A stretch of 64,000 bases of DNA from assembly GCF_964355755.1 (NCBI RefSeq), contig NC_092672.1:17869237-17933236 (forward strand). The letters run 5' to 3'. How positions within the stretch are numbered: the first letter of the stretch is position 1; each line of letters opens with the position of its first letter. The position numbers were made by a program, and so were the translations under genes. This document shows positions 37,856-50,014 of this stretch, in pieces. The notes below the pieces were generated by a model. It made no database searches. It was not told the DNA's origin and saw nothing but the letters and a program-made list of their open reading frames with translations. The DNA comes from Antedon mediterranea (lineage: Eukaryota > Animalia > Echinodermata).

Positions 37856-38680
37856 TCATGACATGCTGGTGAGAACCCTGAGCAGTGTGTGCCTAAACTG
37901 TCTGGTAATTCCGATGTGATCTATCTGATTTTGTGTGGTATGGCCTGGTGAGATCCATGTTAGTTTGTGCACCTTTATATGTGGAAATAATGTGCCTCCT
38001 ATTACAATTTCATTCTCATTACAAAAATTTGTAAAACGTTCTCCATTTTCATTCATGGTTCCGACTGCTTGCTTTCCCATGATTCGTTCAAGGCCTTCAT
38101 TGTCACACCCAACCTTGGCATTTATGTCACCCATTAACACTGTGATTTCCTTTTGCTTTGTTTTCCTAAAATTGTTCCTTAGTTGATTATAGAATTCTTC
38201 TTTCATATCTTCCTCATTGTCATTTGTGTGTGCATAGCACTGAATGACTCGCATCACAATCCGTTTATGACTAGTTTTAAAACTTGCAGTTATTATCCTT
38301 GAGCTTATTGGTTTCCAGCTGATGAGCGCGTTCTTTGCTTCCTTAGATAACATAAATGCTACTCCTTCAGTGTGGTAAGCATTCTTGTGTGTATGTTCAG
38401 AGAATAAGATCTGTTCGCCTGTCGTTAATGTTGTTTGTCCTGCATCTATCCATCTTGTTTCACTTAATCCTAACATTAAGATATTGTAGTTTCTCATTTC
38501 TTTTGCAATAGTTGCTGCTTTACTAGGTTCGTACATAGTACGTACATTCCACGTTCCTACCCATCGTGGTTTATTTTCGGAGTTTTTCTTCCCTTGTTAG
38601 CCAGAGAAGTGCTCTCTGTTGCCCAGGGTGTACCGTCGGGGAGGTGAGGTTGACTTGATGGTCATGATGTAATACCATCC
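37856..38680 (-). mobile_element. RTE-clade LINE 5' fragment (AP endonuclease domain only)
   Basis: GTWNVRTMY, LGLSETRW, GVAFML, IQCYA, MGDINAKVG, NENGERF, NQIDHI. Confidence 0.9.
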
Positions 38681-38685
38681 TTACA

Positions 38686-39347
38686 CACCAATCAAATAGC
38701 CAAAATCTAAAATCATTCAACCGTGAGCACTGCCGATCGCGGGGAAAGCTCAGATTTGATTGGCTTACGATGACATCATCACAAAATGGTGGTTTTGTAG
38801 TTGAGCCTCACGTAATTTTCACAATTTTGTTTCAAAAATGAAATAAATGGACATTCTTTATGGTATGTGTGATTTTTCTCTTAAAGATTTGAATAATAAA
38901 GGCACTTATAACTAATATTTCTAGGAGAAAAAAAGCACATGGCATGTAGAACTATATTATCTTGGCGTAGGAAGACAAACAAATCCCAGGTCATGAGAGG
39001 CTCAACTACAAAAACAAGGTTGAATAATAATAAGGTTCACTAGACCGTTCGAGGGTTTTTGAGTAAACAATATAGCGCGTATGGTCGTACGCGCTAGATG
39101 ATACGATATTTTTCACATGTTTGATTGGATGTAATGGAAATAAAAAATAGTTGATCTGATGGAATGATATATAAATAAACAAACAATCAAAAGAATTATG
39201 TTTACAGTTCAATTATTTTCAGAAAAATAATACATAAAAATGTGTTTACCAATGGACAAATAATCACGTCAATTACACAACACGCATGGTAACGTACGCG
39301 GAGTTGAATCGTGGCAATAACAATGGAGTCAACTCTCGGTAACCCTA
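38686..39347 (-). mobile_element. Partial inverted copy of the 12178-13340 hAT-like element
   Basis: Reverse complement of 12178-12878, ending CTCTCGGTAACCCTA. The ORF track shows the paired spurious peptides MNCKHNSF. Confidence 0.9.
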
Positions 39348-39697
39348 ATTATACTGTACACATAACATGCAATCGTATACAAGTTGATTTAATTGTTGAC
39401 AGCAGCCGCCGCGCGGAGATGTGATAAACAGAACTGTTCGGGAAGTCGAAGTTGCAGCGCTACAAACAATATTCACTCAACTTGTCTGCATTTAATTTAG
39501 GAGAGAATATCTCAACTGTTATAGGATAATTTGACCCCAACGAACAACATGGAATGTGTGCCAAATTCGCTATCCGGGTCGAACGTGCCCAAAATCAGGT
39601 TTTTATATCTCGACAACCACTTGTCGTACAGATTTGCTTTTGGTGTCAAATTGTTCAGAATATACATATTTATGTTTGGTCTAACACAACTTTTAGT

Positions 39698-41711
39698 AGG
39701 TATCCCAATGAAAAAATTCAGATTAATTTTTTTACATTTTCTTTCAGTTAACCATAAAGAACTTAATGTAATTAGCATTTTGCAATTTAAATGATTGAAA
39801 TCCGATTACCCGTTCTAAAGTTATGGTTATTTAAAGTGGTAAAAAAATATACGATTTTTTGCCTAAAAATGGTGTTTTTTGCAGTTGAAATTGGAAGCAT
39901 TTTTAAAAGGTTATAACTTTTACAATAATTAGTTAAAAGTTTTGAATTTTGTTAAACCTATAGATATCACAGAGTTGTACAACTCTATTTTTTTTGGAGC
40001 CTCAACGAAACCTATTTTTTAAATTATTGGTCCGCAAAGTGGTAGGAAAGCATTTAACGCCCATTTTTGCTGGAATTCCCTAAAAAATAAAAAAACTGCA
40101 ATTTTTCAATGATCTGTAACTTTTGAACTACTGTACTAATTCATTTAATTTTTTTTGTACTTGTTAGAATGTAGTGTATATTTCATTAATAAATATATTT
40201 TAGATGTGTATATGAAAAAAAAAAATTTTTTTAATGGTGAAATTTAAAATTATAAAAAAAAAAAATTAAAAAGTATGTTAAAAACGGTGTATACTGTTTC
40301 CTTTCTTTTACACTAATTTTCGGTAAGTATAATTATTAGAATATTTTAATATACTTTATATTTATAATTTCAATCAAAAATACTATTATATATAACTTTT
40401 GAATACGTAAAACAAGATTTTAGGCCCATATGATTATGACACCAAATCTAAGCCGGGCTGCTAAGTAAGATATGCTCTTTTAAGGCAAACGCACAATATG
40501 GGTCAAAATAAACTCATTTAAAATAATCAATGTTAATTAAAACAATTAATTGTTTACCTGAATAGTATATATAACATTATAAAAATTGTTTTCTTTTCGT
40601 ATTATTACGTTATTAAATTGAAATACGGAGCTAAAGTTTAGGCCAAGTCACGGCTTACTCGCGATCAGTAGTCGCTCCCGTTAAAGTATTTCGGTCGCAG
40701 TTAATGACTTTCGGCCGCCGTATACAGAGTCAAATGTAACGTTGGTAAATTAGCTTAATAAATTTCCTCGGTACATTTTAACCTAACGCATTTGCATTGT
40801 ATACTTGCATAATAAATCTTCCGCACATTACATCAATTTTAAGTTGTTAAATTAATGTGTAAAACCAGATATTCTACGACGGAAAAGGACATGTCAATCT
40901 CCGACATCGCTGCTGTCACACATCTCGCGTCGAGCCGGTCGAACTCGAGCGAGGAAAACTAAACAACGTGTTCAAAATATGGAACGTACCATTCGCTGAT
41001 AGGGTGCATTAATGTATTTAACGGAAAACGCCACAACAAACACGCGCGTATTTTAGAGTACAATATTTTACTCACTACAATATTCACCGGATTATAATGG
41101 TTGGATCTTTAAAATTTTGAACGGGATTTACGCCTCATGCACCATTTTAAAATGTAGTTCGCACAATTACCATGCACAATACGTTTGTAAACTATGTTTT
41201 ATCGATTTCAATGTAGATTTAGCTATAATTTAATACCAAAATCCATAATATTTTTCCATAAACGGTGAATCAAAATTGGATTTTTGTCACAAAAATTGAC
41301 TTTTCGTTACGAAAAACCTATTTATAGAAGACGATTTTCGTATCAAATTAAAGCTTATTTAAAGCCTGATAACATACAACAAAAATTAATCCGCTAGCTC
41401 CAATGGTAATCGAGCGATCGTGTTTTGAAAACTGATGGGGATTTTCCGATGAGGTTTTCAACGCGCGGAAATCGGCTCGACGGGATTTTAGAACCGTTTT
41501 AAAATCGCATTTTCTCGGCAACTAATTCATTAATTTTAATTATAAACACACTTATACATAGATTAAAACAAGTACTTTCAAACAATATAAATTTTGTAAG
41601 TATTAATTAAGATTGAATACGATTTATTTAACATCAAAGTCATACTACTTTTTCGAATTTCGTCAATATTTCAAAAGTGATACCCCTCTGTGCGCTTTCA
41701 TTGGGATACCT
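39698..41711. mobile_element. Non-autonomous TIR element with 9-bp TSD (MULE-like)
   Basis: TIR AGGTATCCCAATGAAA. TSD ACTTTTAGT at 39689-39697 and 41712-41720. An 80-bp left-end copy is at ~43845-43926. Confidence 0.85.
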
Positions 41712-42078
41712 ACTTTTAGTGAATAAATGACCGGAAATGCTTTTACTGACATTTGACCCAAAAATGACCAAAAAACACATTTTCGGGTTAAATTATTCTT
41801 TAAAATGCCAATGGACAAACTGTATGGTATCAATTGAAAGCATACACAATATGCTACTTATTGCTACACAACTTGTATTGAAAATTTTTAATTAAGAAGC
41901 TAATTGTATGGAAAATGTGCATATTTTAATTATTTTTATACAAAAAAATTAATATTTGGTAGCGTAATTGTTATGTTTATTTATATAATAATATTAAATA
42001 ATTTTAAGTGTTTGGAAAAAATATTACTGGATCTCTTTTGTACAGTATAAAAAGTGCTATTTTATTTTAATTTTATAG

Positions 42079-42264
42079 AAGAACCAATTAAGAAAGAAAA
42101 ACATCAAACAAGCAAGAAAGCGAAGCAGCAAGGAAAATGGCAGAAAAAACAACAACATTCATTTAGTCACCCTTATTTAGCAGCTACACTGAAGAACCAC
42201 TCGGATAATGTACTAGATTTAGACTTCAGCATTAATGGAAAATATCTGGCATCCTGTGCTGAAG
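42079..42264 (+). CDS. TBL2: TBL2 homolog, coding exon 2 (basic linker + first WD40 repeat)
   Basis: Acceptor TTTTATAG|. Encodes ...QHSFSHPYLAATLKNHSDNVLDLDFSINGKYLASCAE. Donor G|GTAAA. Confidence 0.92.
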
Positions 42265-42554
42265 GTAAAATCACTTGATTCAATTCTTTATAATACTGAC
42301 TACTTATTTAAAGATATTCTCCTCTCACTCATAATAAATTACAGGGATGTAGCCAAATTATTTTAGTGCAGACGTAAAATTAAGCCGCTCTTGTACTGTA
42401 GCCTATTTAAACATAGTGAGCATAGGAGTTTTTTTTTTTTTTTAGACTTCATATAGATATAATACAGTATTGAATATTTTATATTTTAGCTTAAATACAG
42501 TAATTTGATCGATGGCAATTACAATGCGAGGTATATACTATCTTGTTTTTTCAG

Positions 42555-42606
42555 ACCGCACAATACGTATTTGGAGTGTAAAAGAATTTAAAGAAAAAGA
42601 ACATAG
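42555..42606 (+). CDS. TBL2: TBL2 homolog, coding exon 3
   Basis: Acceptor TTTTTCAG|, 52 bp. Encodes DRTIRIWSVKEFKEKEH(R). Donor AG|GTAAGT. Confidence 0.92.
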
Positions 42607-43169
42607 GTAAGTAGTAAACAGAAAACGCAATGAAGTGAATTGCAAATAAACATCAAACAATCACATTAATTTTACAGTAATATTATGCCAACCAAAAAAT
42701 ATTTAAAACTAAAAAGGTACTCCTAGGGTGCATAACTCCGCCTGCTGTAAAATTCTCCTACATAAAATGTATACGGAAAATATATTTTTTTAAACTATGC
42801 AGAGGACCGTACCACTTATGAGTTGTAAGTTTTACAGAATGAAATAAACAATGACACATATGCTGGTACTTAAAAAAACAATGCTGCAATAGTAACATAT
42901 GAACAGTACAAGGCGATGACAATGTTGTTCACTAACAATACAAACCACCCTACGATCGACGCATTGATAATTATAATAACAATACATCGTATCGTATTAG
43001 TAAGTAGGCTACGATCTACATGCGTAAATATAGGAGTGGTCGCCATCATGAAAATGGTGGTTGGAAATTTCGAGTGGTGATGACATCCCTGAGCCTAGAA
43101 ACAACATCCCTTTCTTATCAAACATAATACTTTTTGACGCCATAGGCTATTATATGAAAATACTAATGC

Positions 43170-43845
43170 TAAAACAATTTTCCAGCCTTTCCTAGTCATT
43201 TTTAAAATTTCAAATTAAAATGACGTCATACGAACACGTTGATTTAGATCATTTGCGTGCGTTTTAGTTGCAAAAGTTACAGAATATTATCAAAATTATG
43301 CCTATTTTGAATATACTGTATTATAGCTCCTCAGGATCAACGGTGACCCCCAATTGTTTAACTCAATATGTAAGCAGATATGTTTTAGATATGAATTCAT
43401 GGAGAATCTTTACCTCTCGGAAGTTGTGAAGTCATCGTATGGCCACACGAATGTAAAATATAGGATTTTTTACTCTTTCATTATTGCTCATCACATTCAA
43501 TAGAGCGCATCTCGCTTATTCGTCTTCCATTTCCCCCGAGATTTTAATATTGTCTAGGTCAACTATCGCATGAGTTAAAAATATTTTCATTTTTGTGATA
43601 ATGTCTAAAAATTTAAATAACGTGGGTCACTTATTTCCATCTTTACAGTAAATTTCAATCGGTTATACAGTAGTTCGTCAGAATAAAAAGTTATAATAAT
43701 TATTAAAATGTTTTCTGGAATCTATTCAATTGTAGATACGAATTTATGCAAACATTTTGCCAATCAGATGTTGTGATGTCATCATATGTTCAGTTGAATA
43801 AACATAGTTGTATTTTCATCTTTTGCGCCATAGTTCATCACATTA
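43170..43845 (+). repeat. Decayed HINE-like family A/B fragment
   Basis: Matches the 55750-56430 blocks (TTCCAGCCTT, ATCGTATGGCCACACGAA, ATATTGTCTAGGTCAA). Confidence 0.7.
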
Positions 43846-43927
43846 GGTATCCCAATGAAAAATTCAGATTAATTTTTTTACTTTTTCTTTCAGTTAACCA
43901 TAAAGGACTTAATGTAAATTTAGCATA

Positions 43928-44839
43928 GGCCCCGTTTCTGCTGCCAAAAATATACCGTATATATACGGTATATTTTATATACGGTATATTTTTTGGCAGC
44001 AGAAATGGGTCTCATAAAAAATATACCGTATATATTTGCGGTATATATACTGCATAAATATCCCCATCGTTTGTGGATATTATACGGTATATTCCAAAAT
44101 ATACCGTATATTTCGTTCCCCGTTTCTGCTGCACTCAAAATATACCGTAAATGTGACCCGACTCATGACACGAGGTCAAAAACTAACAGAGCGCGACGCG
44201 TTTGTTTTGGTTTTTCTGCTGCATTGAAAGTTGAAAAACACGTGTAAAAGCAAGCAACAGATCAAAATGTCACTGTGGACCGAACAAATCACTATTTTTG
44301 CAATTCAATTGTGGGGGGAAGCGAAAGTTGGTGGGAGACTGTATGGCAACAGAAGAGATACCGAGATTTTAATTACAATAAATCGAATGTTCTTACACGA
44401 CAACAACGTGATGTAAAATCATGGTAAAATACTGTATAATAGAAAATTAAAACGGCAATATAGGATAATATAGCATAATATAAACTCAATTTGAATAACA
44501 GAGTTTATTTATAGTGACATTTCTAGATTGTGCTTGTATGTGCGGTGTAAATTCGTTGCCACTTCTGCTCATTAGATTTAAAATAGAAAGCAATGCTACG
44601 ACGTTTTGAGAAACCATCATTGTTTTGTTTTTGTCAGCATATACCGGTAGGTAAAAACCTCACTACACGAGGTCAATCCATACTTCCGTCTCACGAAATG
44701 CATTTTGGGTAATGAAAGCCAACTTTTTTACAACCCACCCACGAAGTATGTGCAGCGGAAACGGTGCACGAATTTCATATACGGTATATATACGGTATAT
44801 TTATACGGTATATTTTGGGTTGGCAGCAGAAACGGGCCC
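43928..44839. mobile_element. PIF/Harbinger-like MITE
   Basis: TIR GGCCCCGTTTCTGCTGCCAA with one mismatch, ATA flanks (3-bp TSD), internal TATACCGTATATATACGGTATA palindromes. Confidence 0.75.
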
Positions 44840-47800
44840 ATATACAGCGTTTGTTTAATGCTTTTGTCGCTCCTCGGCTTCGTGTCTTCATATATATATA
44901 TATATATTTCTATGTTTTGTAATTATTATTTCATGTCTATTGCCGATATGAATAAAATAAAAATATTCTACCCAGGCCAAGTACTCTCGGAACGCGCGGG
45001 TGTATATTCTAGCAGCTTGCAGCATCACACATTTATGGAAGAGTCCATTAATTATGATGGTGTCACATTTTAATTACACAATAACTGTTTTCCTTGATCA
45101 CGGTGGTTTATTTTATTACATCTTTATGTCAAAAGTCACATAATTTTATAATCATCTAGGCAATAGTTCATATGTCAAGCGATATCTAAAAGCTCTCCTT
45201 TATACTGTACACACTACCTCTCTGTAATGCATGCATAGGAAAGATTTTCATATACCCTACATGATATTCCTGCTTCATTTTCAGCCCAAAAAGCTGAACA
45301 TAGTTTAGATTGATTTTATGTATGGTCATACACAATAAGAAGGTATATATATTAAAATAATATGAAATTAAAGTTACTTAAATAGACATATAAACCCTAC
45401 CCACACAGTGCATCATAACTGAAAAAATATGGGAATTTCCCTTTTCATTGAACGTTCAGTTGAAGTAGAGACTGATTACGATAATAAAGGAAATCAAACA
45501 AAATTATATCATTTGATTCTAATAAATGTCTCAAATGTCTCAAAAAATAGCTATCAAGCTCAAACTTAGAATTCCAACTTATTTCTGGCCAATATACTGT
45601 AGAAATATGTTTTGAGATTAACTCTTATCACTTCCCTTTTAAAGTTATCTGCACTCAAACTAGCCATTTCGTTTAACAACGCAGATTTTTTTAAATTTTC
45701 GGGGTCACCCTGTGTCCATACGAATGGGTAGATACATTTCATATTGCAAATATATTATCTATGGATAGTTGTCTATAGCCACAAAGAAGCACAGGCTGAT
45801 TAAATGAACAGAAATGGAATAATATTTATTTGGAGTTGTTGAATTGTACTGTAGATATGAATAGGAATTGAATCAATTATCTAAAAAGAAAAATAATCAA
45901 TAAAATTTAATTTAATTAAGAAATACACAAGAATAAACATAAATGTACGGTATACAGTATATTATTATATTATTGTTTTCTAGGAGGCGCCTGAGTCCGG
46001 GATGACCGAGACGCAACTGGTGCTAGCCAGGACTTAAATTAGAACTATAAAAATAACCCTGGCTAGCGACGAGGGCATATCCCCATACTTCGGTTTGGGT
46101 TTAGCTTTGCAATATTTATTAGTTTGTTATGTTATCATATAATTCAAGTAAATAATGAAAGCAATATTATGTTCAAAATGTAAAACTATACAATTTTATC
46201 AAAGTATTCAAACAAAACACAATCTTATAATGCAATACCATTTTATCATTTATTATATCGAATCTCAATTTTTAATACTGAATATCAATCTTTATATCGT
46301 TTTAGCTCTGTACTATAAATTTTCTCTGTATACATATTTGTTTTATTTAGATTTCAACACAATATCAAAATATTTTTTTATATCCTTTTAATCTCAGTCT
46401 GTGTAATATCACTTAAATATTCATTGATAAATAGATTGATAGACATACAGTATATACTGTAACCTTTACCATATTGTTTATTATTGCTATAAAGTGGGTT
46501 GCCCTCACAAAAGAGAGAAAAGATATGAATTCATGTAAACTTTTAGCCAATCAGACGTTATTGTTGTTTGACGTTCATCGTGGAGGTGAAATGCATTCGC
46601 CAATTTGCTTCAACACATTACGACTCAAATCACGAAAATAAAAGGTCGCAAAATAGTTGAAAATGTAAAATATCATATTTCAAAAATATATTGTTACGGA
46701 CGGGACATTTTTGTTACGGACGGGACATATCATTTAAGAGCCATTGTCTGTAAAAATCAAAGATTTGGTGGCAGATGTAAAAAAAATGGATTTCTCTCAA
46801 ATTTTTACCATGAATAGAAATTTCAATAAAAAGCATATCTACAGCATTCATTTTAATTTTTAGCCTCCGTTGCCATGACAACGGTCAATTATCCAAATTT
46901 TGATGTTTTTGCCATTTTTCACAGATTTTCAATAGTGAAAAAGTACAAACTTGTATACTTATTTTAACCAAAAATACTTACAGTATACAGTTTTTGTTTA
47001 TAGCAGTGTAAACAACATTTATTGAGATCCATTTAATGTAGAAAAAAAAAAATTACAAAATGGAGTTTGGTTGATACCATTATTTTAAAAAGGGGTGTTT
47101 TTAAAAAATATTTTTTTTATAAAAGTATACCTCATAAACGTACCTATAACTTCCAAAGTGGTGTTTTTAAATCAATGAGGTTTTTTAATTTGATAGTCAA
47201 TAGGTTTGTCAACAATAATCACGAAAAAAACACTAGGGTAAATTTGTATTTGCATTTGTAATTTTTCTCAATTTTACTTCTACTGCATTCTATTAACCCA
47301 TTGACCCCCAAGTTTATTTTGCTCCCCTGGGACCCAAAAAGCATATGTCACATAATTAACCCTAAATTTTTTTCTAAACACACATTAAAAAAATTAAAAA
47401 AGAAAAATAATGCAAGGACATTTTATTTTCAAATATGTTATCAAATTTGTGTTACAACTTATTTTGGCGGAGTATGGATTATGCAAATTTTAGAAATATT
47501 TTATGAAAATTATTAAAAATTTGTAATTTATCTTTTTTGACTACCAAATGCACAAAAATTAATAAATATTTCATAATAAAACTCATCTCTTCATCAGAAC
47601 CTATTTCTTCTCTTCAAAATAAGACCAAACTTGACCATTATGAATGACCGGTTTCGAAATTATGAAGAAATTAGTAGACTGACTCATCTGACGATGACCA
47701 TATGGGGCCTAGGCCTATCGGGAGCCGCCCCGAGAGCGTCGTCGCCGCTGTTTGTTCACCGGGAATGTTAAAAAAAAACATCTTGAAAGCGACTTGGAAT

Positions 47801-48334
47801 TCGCGATTCTCGCGCGCACCGTCATCCCTCTGGAGCTTAGTCTATGGGCGGCCATTAGGGCCAAAATAGAAAAACTTTGCCGTACGAACAATTCCGCTCC
47901 TGTAAGGCAAACTAATGACGTTAAAGACATAATTCCTCTAGTGACAAACAAATATTGCCGTACGGACACACAAACACATTGCCTTATGAACAAATTGCCG
48001 TATGGTTAAATTGGCGTAAGGACAAACATTGGCGTAAAGGACAAAAATTGGCGTAAGGACAAAAATTGCCGAAAGGACAAAAATTGGCGTACAGTCTAAC
48101 TAAATATAAACGTTGAGGGCTGCATAGTAATTTAAAACCACGTGACTGAAACCACTCTGTGTGTCCAGTCCTGATGGGGAATAAAAACATAATCATGGAA
48201 GGCTTGTGAGCTAGCCAACAATATAGATCAGCCGACAATAAGCCAGCCTACTTTTATTTTTTCCAGCCAACAATAACTATGAAACACCGTTTGTGTATTT
48301 TTTACATTTTCAGTGTTACTTATGGTTTTTATGG

Positions 48335-49270
48335 TATCTCCGTAAGTACTGGTCGTAGACACTTGAATTAGGTCCAAAAATGTTCGCAATATACATTTAT
48401 TTATTTGTTGCACATTTTGAAAAATGTTACAAAAGGTCAAAGGGTCAGGGTCAAAGGTTATATGAACAAACACAAATAGGTACTTGTATCTTGGCAACCA
48501 CTGGTCGCAGCAAGTCAATTTTAGTCTCAAAATGTTGAGAAGGCATGTATTCATATTCAGTCTAATGAGACATTTTAGTGAAAAATGATCAGAAATGCCA
48601 TTTCTGACCTTTGACCCACATACCAGGGCATCTTAATATCTCTGTAAGTACTGGTCGTAGAAACTTAAATTTGGTATCAAATTGTTGGAAATATACATAT
48701 TTACATTCATTCTAACAGAAAATTTGGTGAAAAGATGATCAGAAATACTATTAATTACTAATGTTTCAAACAAAAAACATACCTCTACACAACTTATTCT
48801 TAAATAAATGGTATGCAATAACTGATGCTTTAAATGGTTTCATTATAGGAATTACAACAAATCCTTTACTGTTTGTAATTGTACTTTTGCTTATAATAAT
48901 GCTAGAAAATATTGTTGACCCCCCTTGACCCTGACTCTTTGACCTTTTGTAACATTTTTCAAAATGTGTAACAAATAACAAAATCTATATTTCGAACAGT
49001 TTAAGACCAAATTCAAGTGTCTACGACCAGTAGTTACGGAGATACATACATGCCCTGGGTTGTGGGTCAAAGGTCAGAAATGGCATTTCCGGTCATTTTT
49101 TACTAAAATGTCCCATTAGACTGAATATAAATGTATACCTTCTGATCAATTTGAGACGAAAATTACCTTGCTGTGACCAGTGGTTGTCGAGATTTAAGGA
49201 TGTGTTTGGTGTTATAACCTTTCACCCTGACCTTTTGACCTTTCGCCACATTTTCAAAATGTGTAACCAA
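48335..49270. repeat. Internally duplicated and inverted repeat block rich in TGACCTTT/AAAGGTCA
   Basis: 48335-48460 is inverted at 48920-49045, and 48400-48630 is inverted at 49050-49265. Confidence 0.65.
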
Positions 49271-50014
49271 GCCAAAATTGATTGTTTGACCACCCTAAAC
49301 CAATTTCTAAAGTCAAATTCTCTGGACCTCAAAGTGCATACGAAAGTTGATCTAGCTACTAGAGTATTGGTTTATAATTCGAGTTGTTTATAGATAAATC
49401 GTATATCATAAAAAATATCTAATTTTTACATGTTTAAAAGAATTTTCGTGAAATTCTGAGAGGCTCGACCACAGAAAATTAATATCAGTACATCATATGA
49501 TGTCATTTTAAGCGAATCGCGTTGGTGTATTCGCCGTTGACGGGTAGGTCGTCACGGTTAAAGGATTCTAACAATGCCTCGCGGAAACGCATGCTACACA
49601 CATCCACACAGTGCGAAAAGTTTCAAATGAAAATTCCATAGATAGGTCAGGGAGTTTTAGGTCCCTTTCGTGTACAGATTACATGGTAAAATAATAGATT
49701 AAATATTTAATTACAATCCTATTTTAATCCATCATCATCGTGTCGTCGCGAGAACGTAATAAATACAACAAACACGTACGTATTGTTCTTGATTAATAAA
49801 AGTACTCGCGCCGGGAGCTAGCCTAGGCTAGGCCGTGTAGGCCTAGGTAGACAGAAAGTAGCCGGCGAAAATGTCAAAGTAGACGGTCGAATGCGCCGGT
49901 TGCCGGCTACTAACGAAACCCCTGAATACATTATAAACAAATATTTTTGGTGAAAATATCATATTCAAAAATATATTGACATTTTTCGTAGGAACGGGAC
50001 AGACATTTTTGTTA

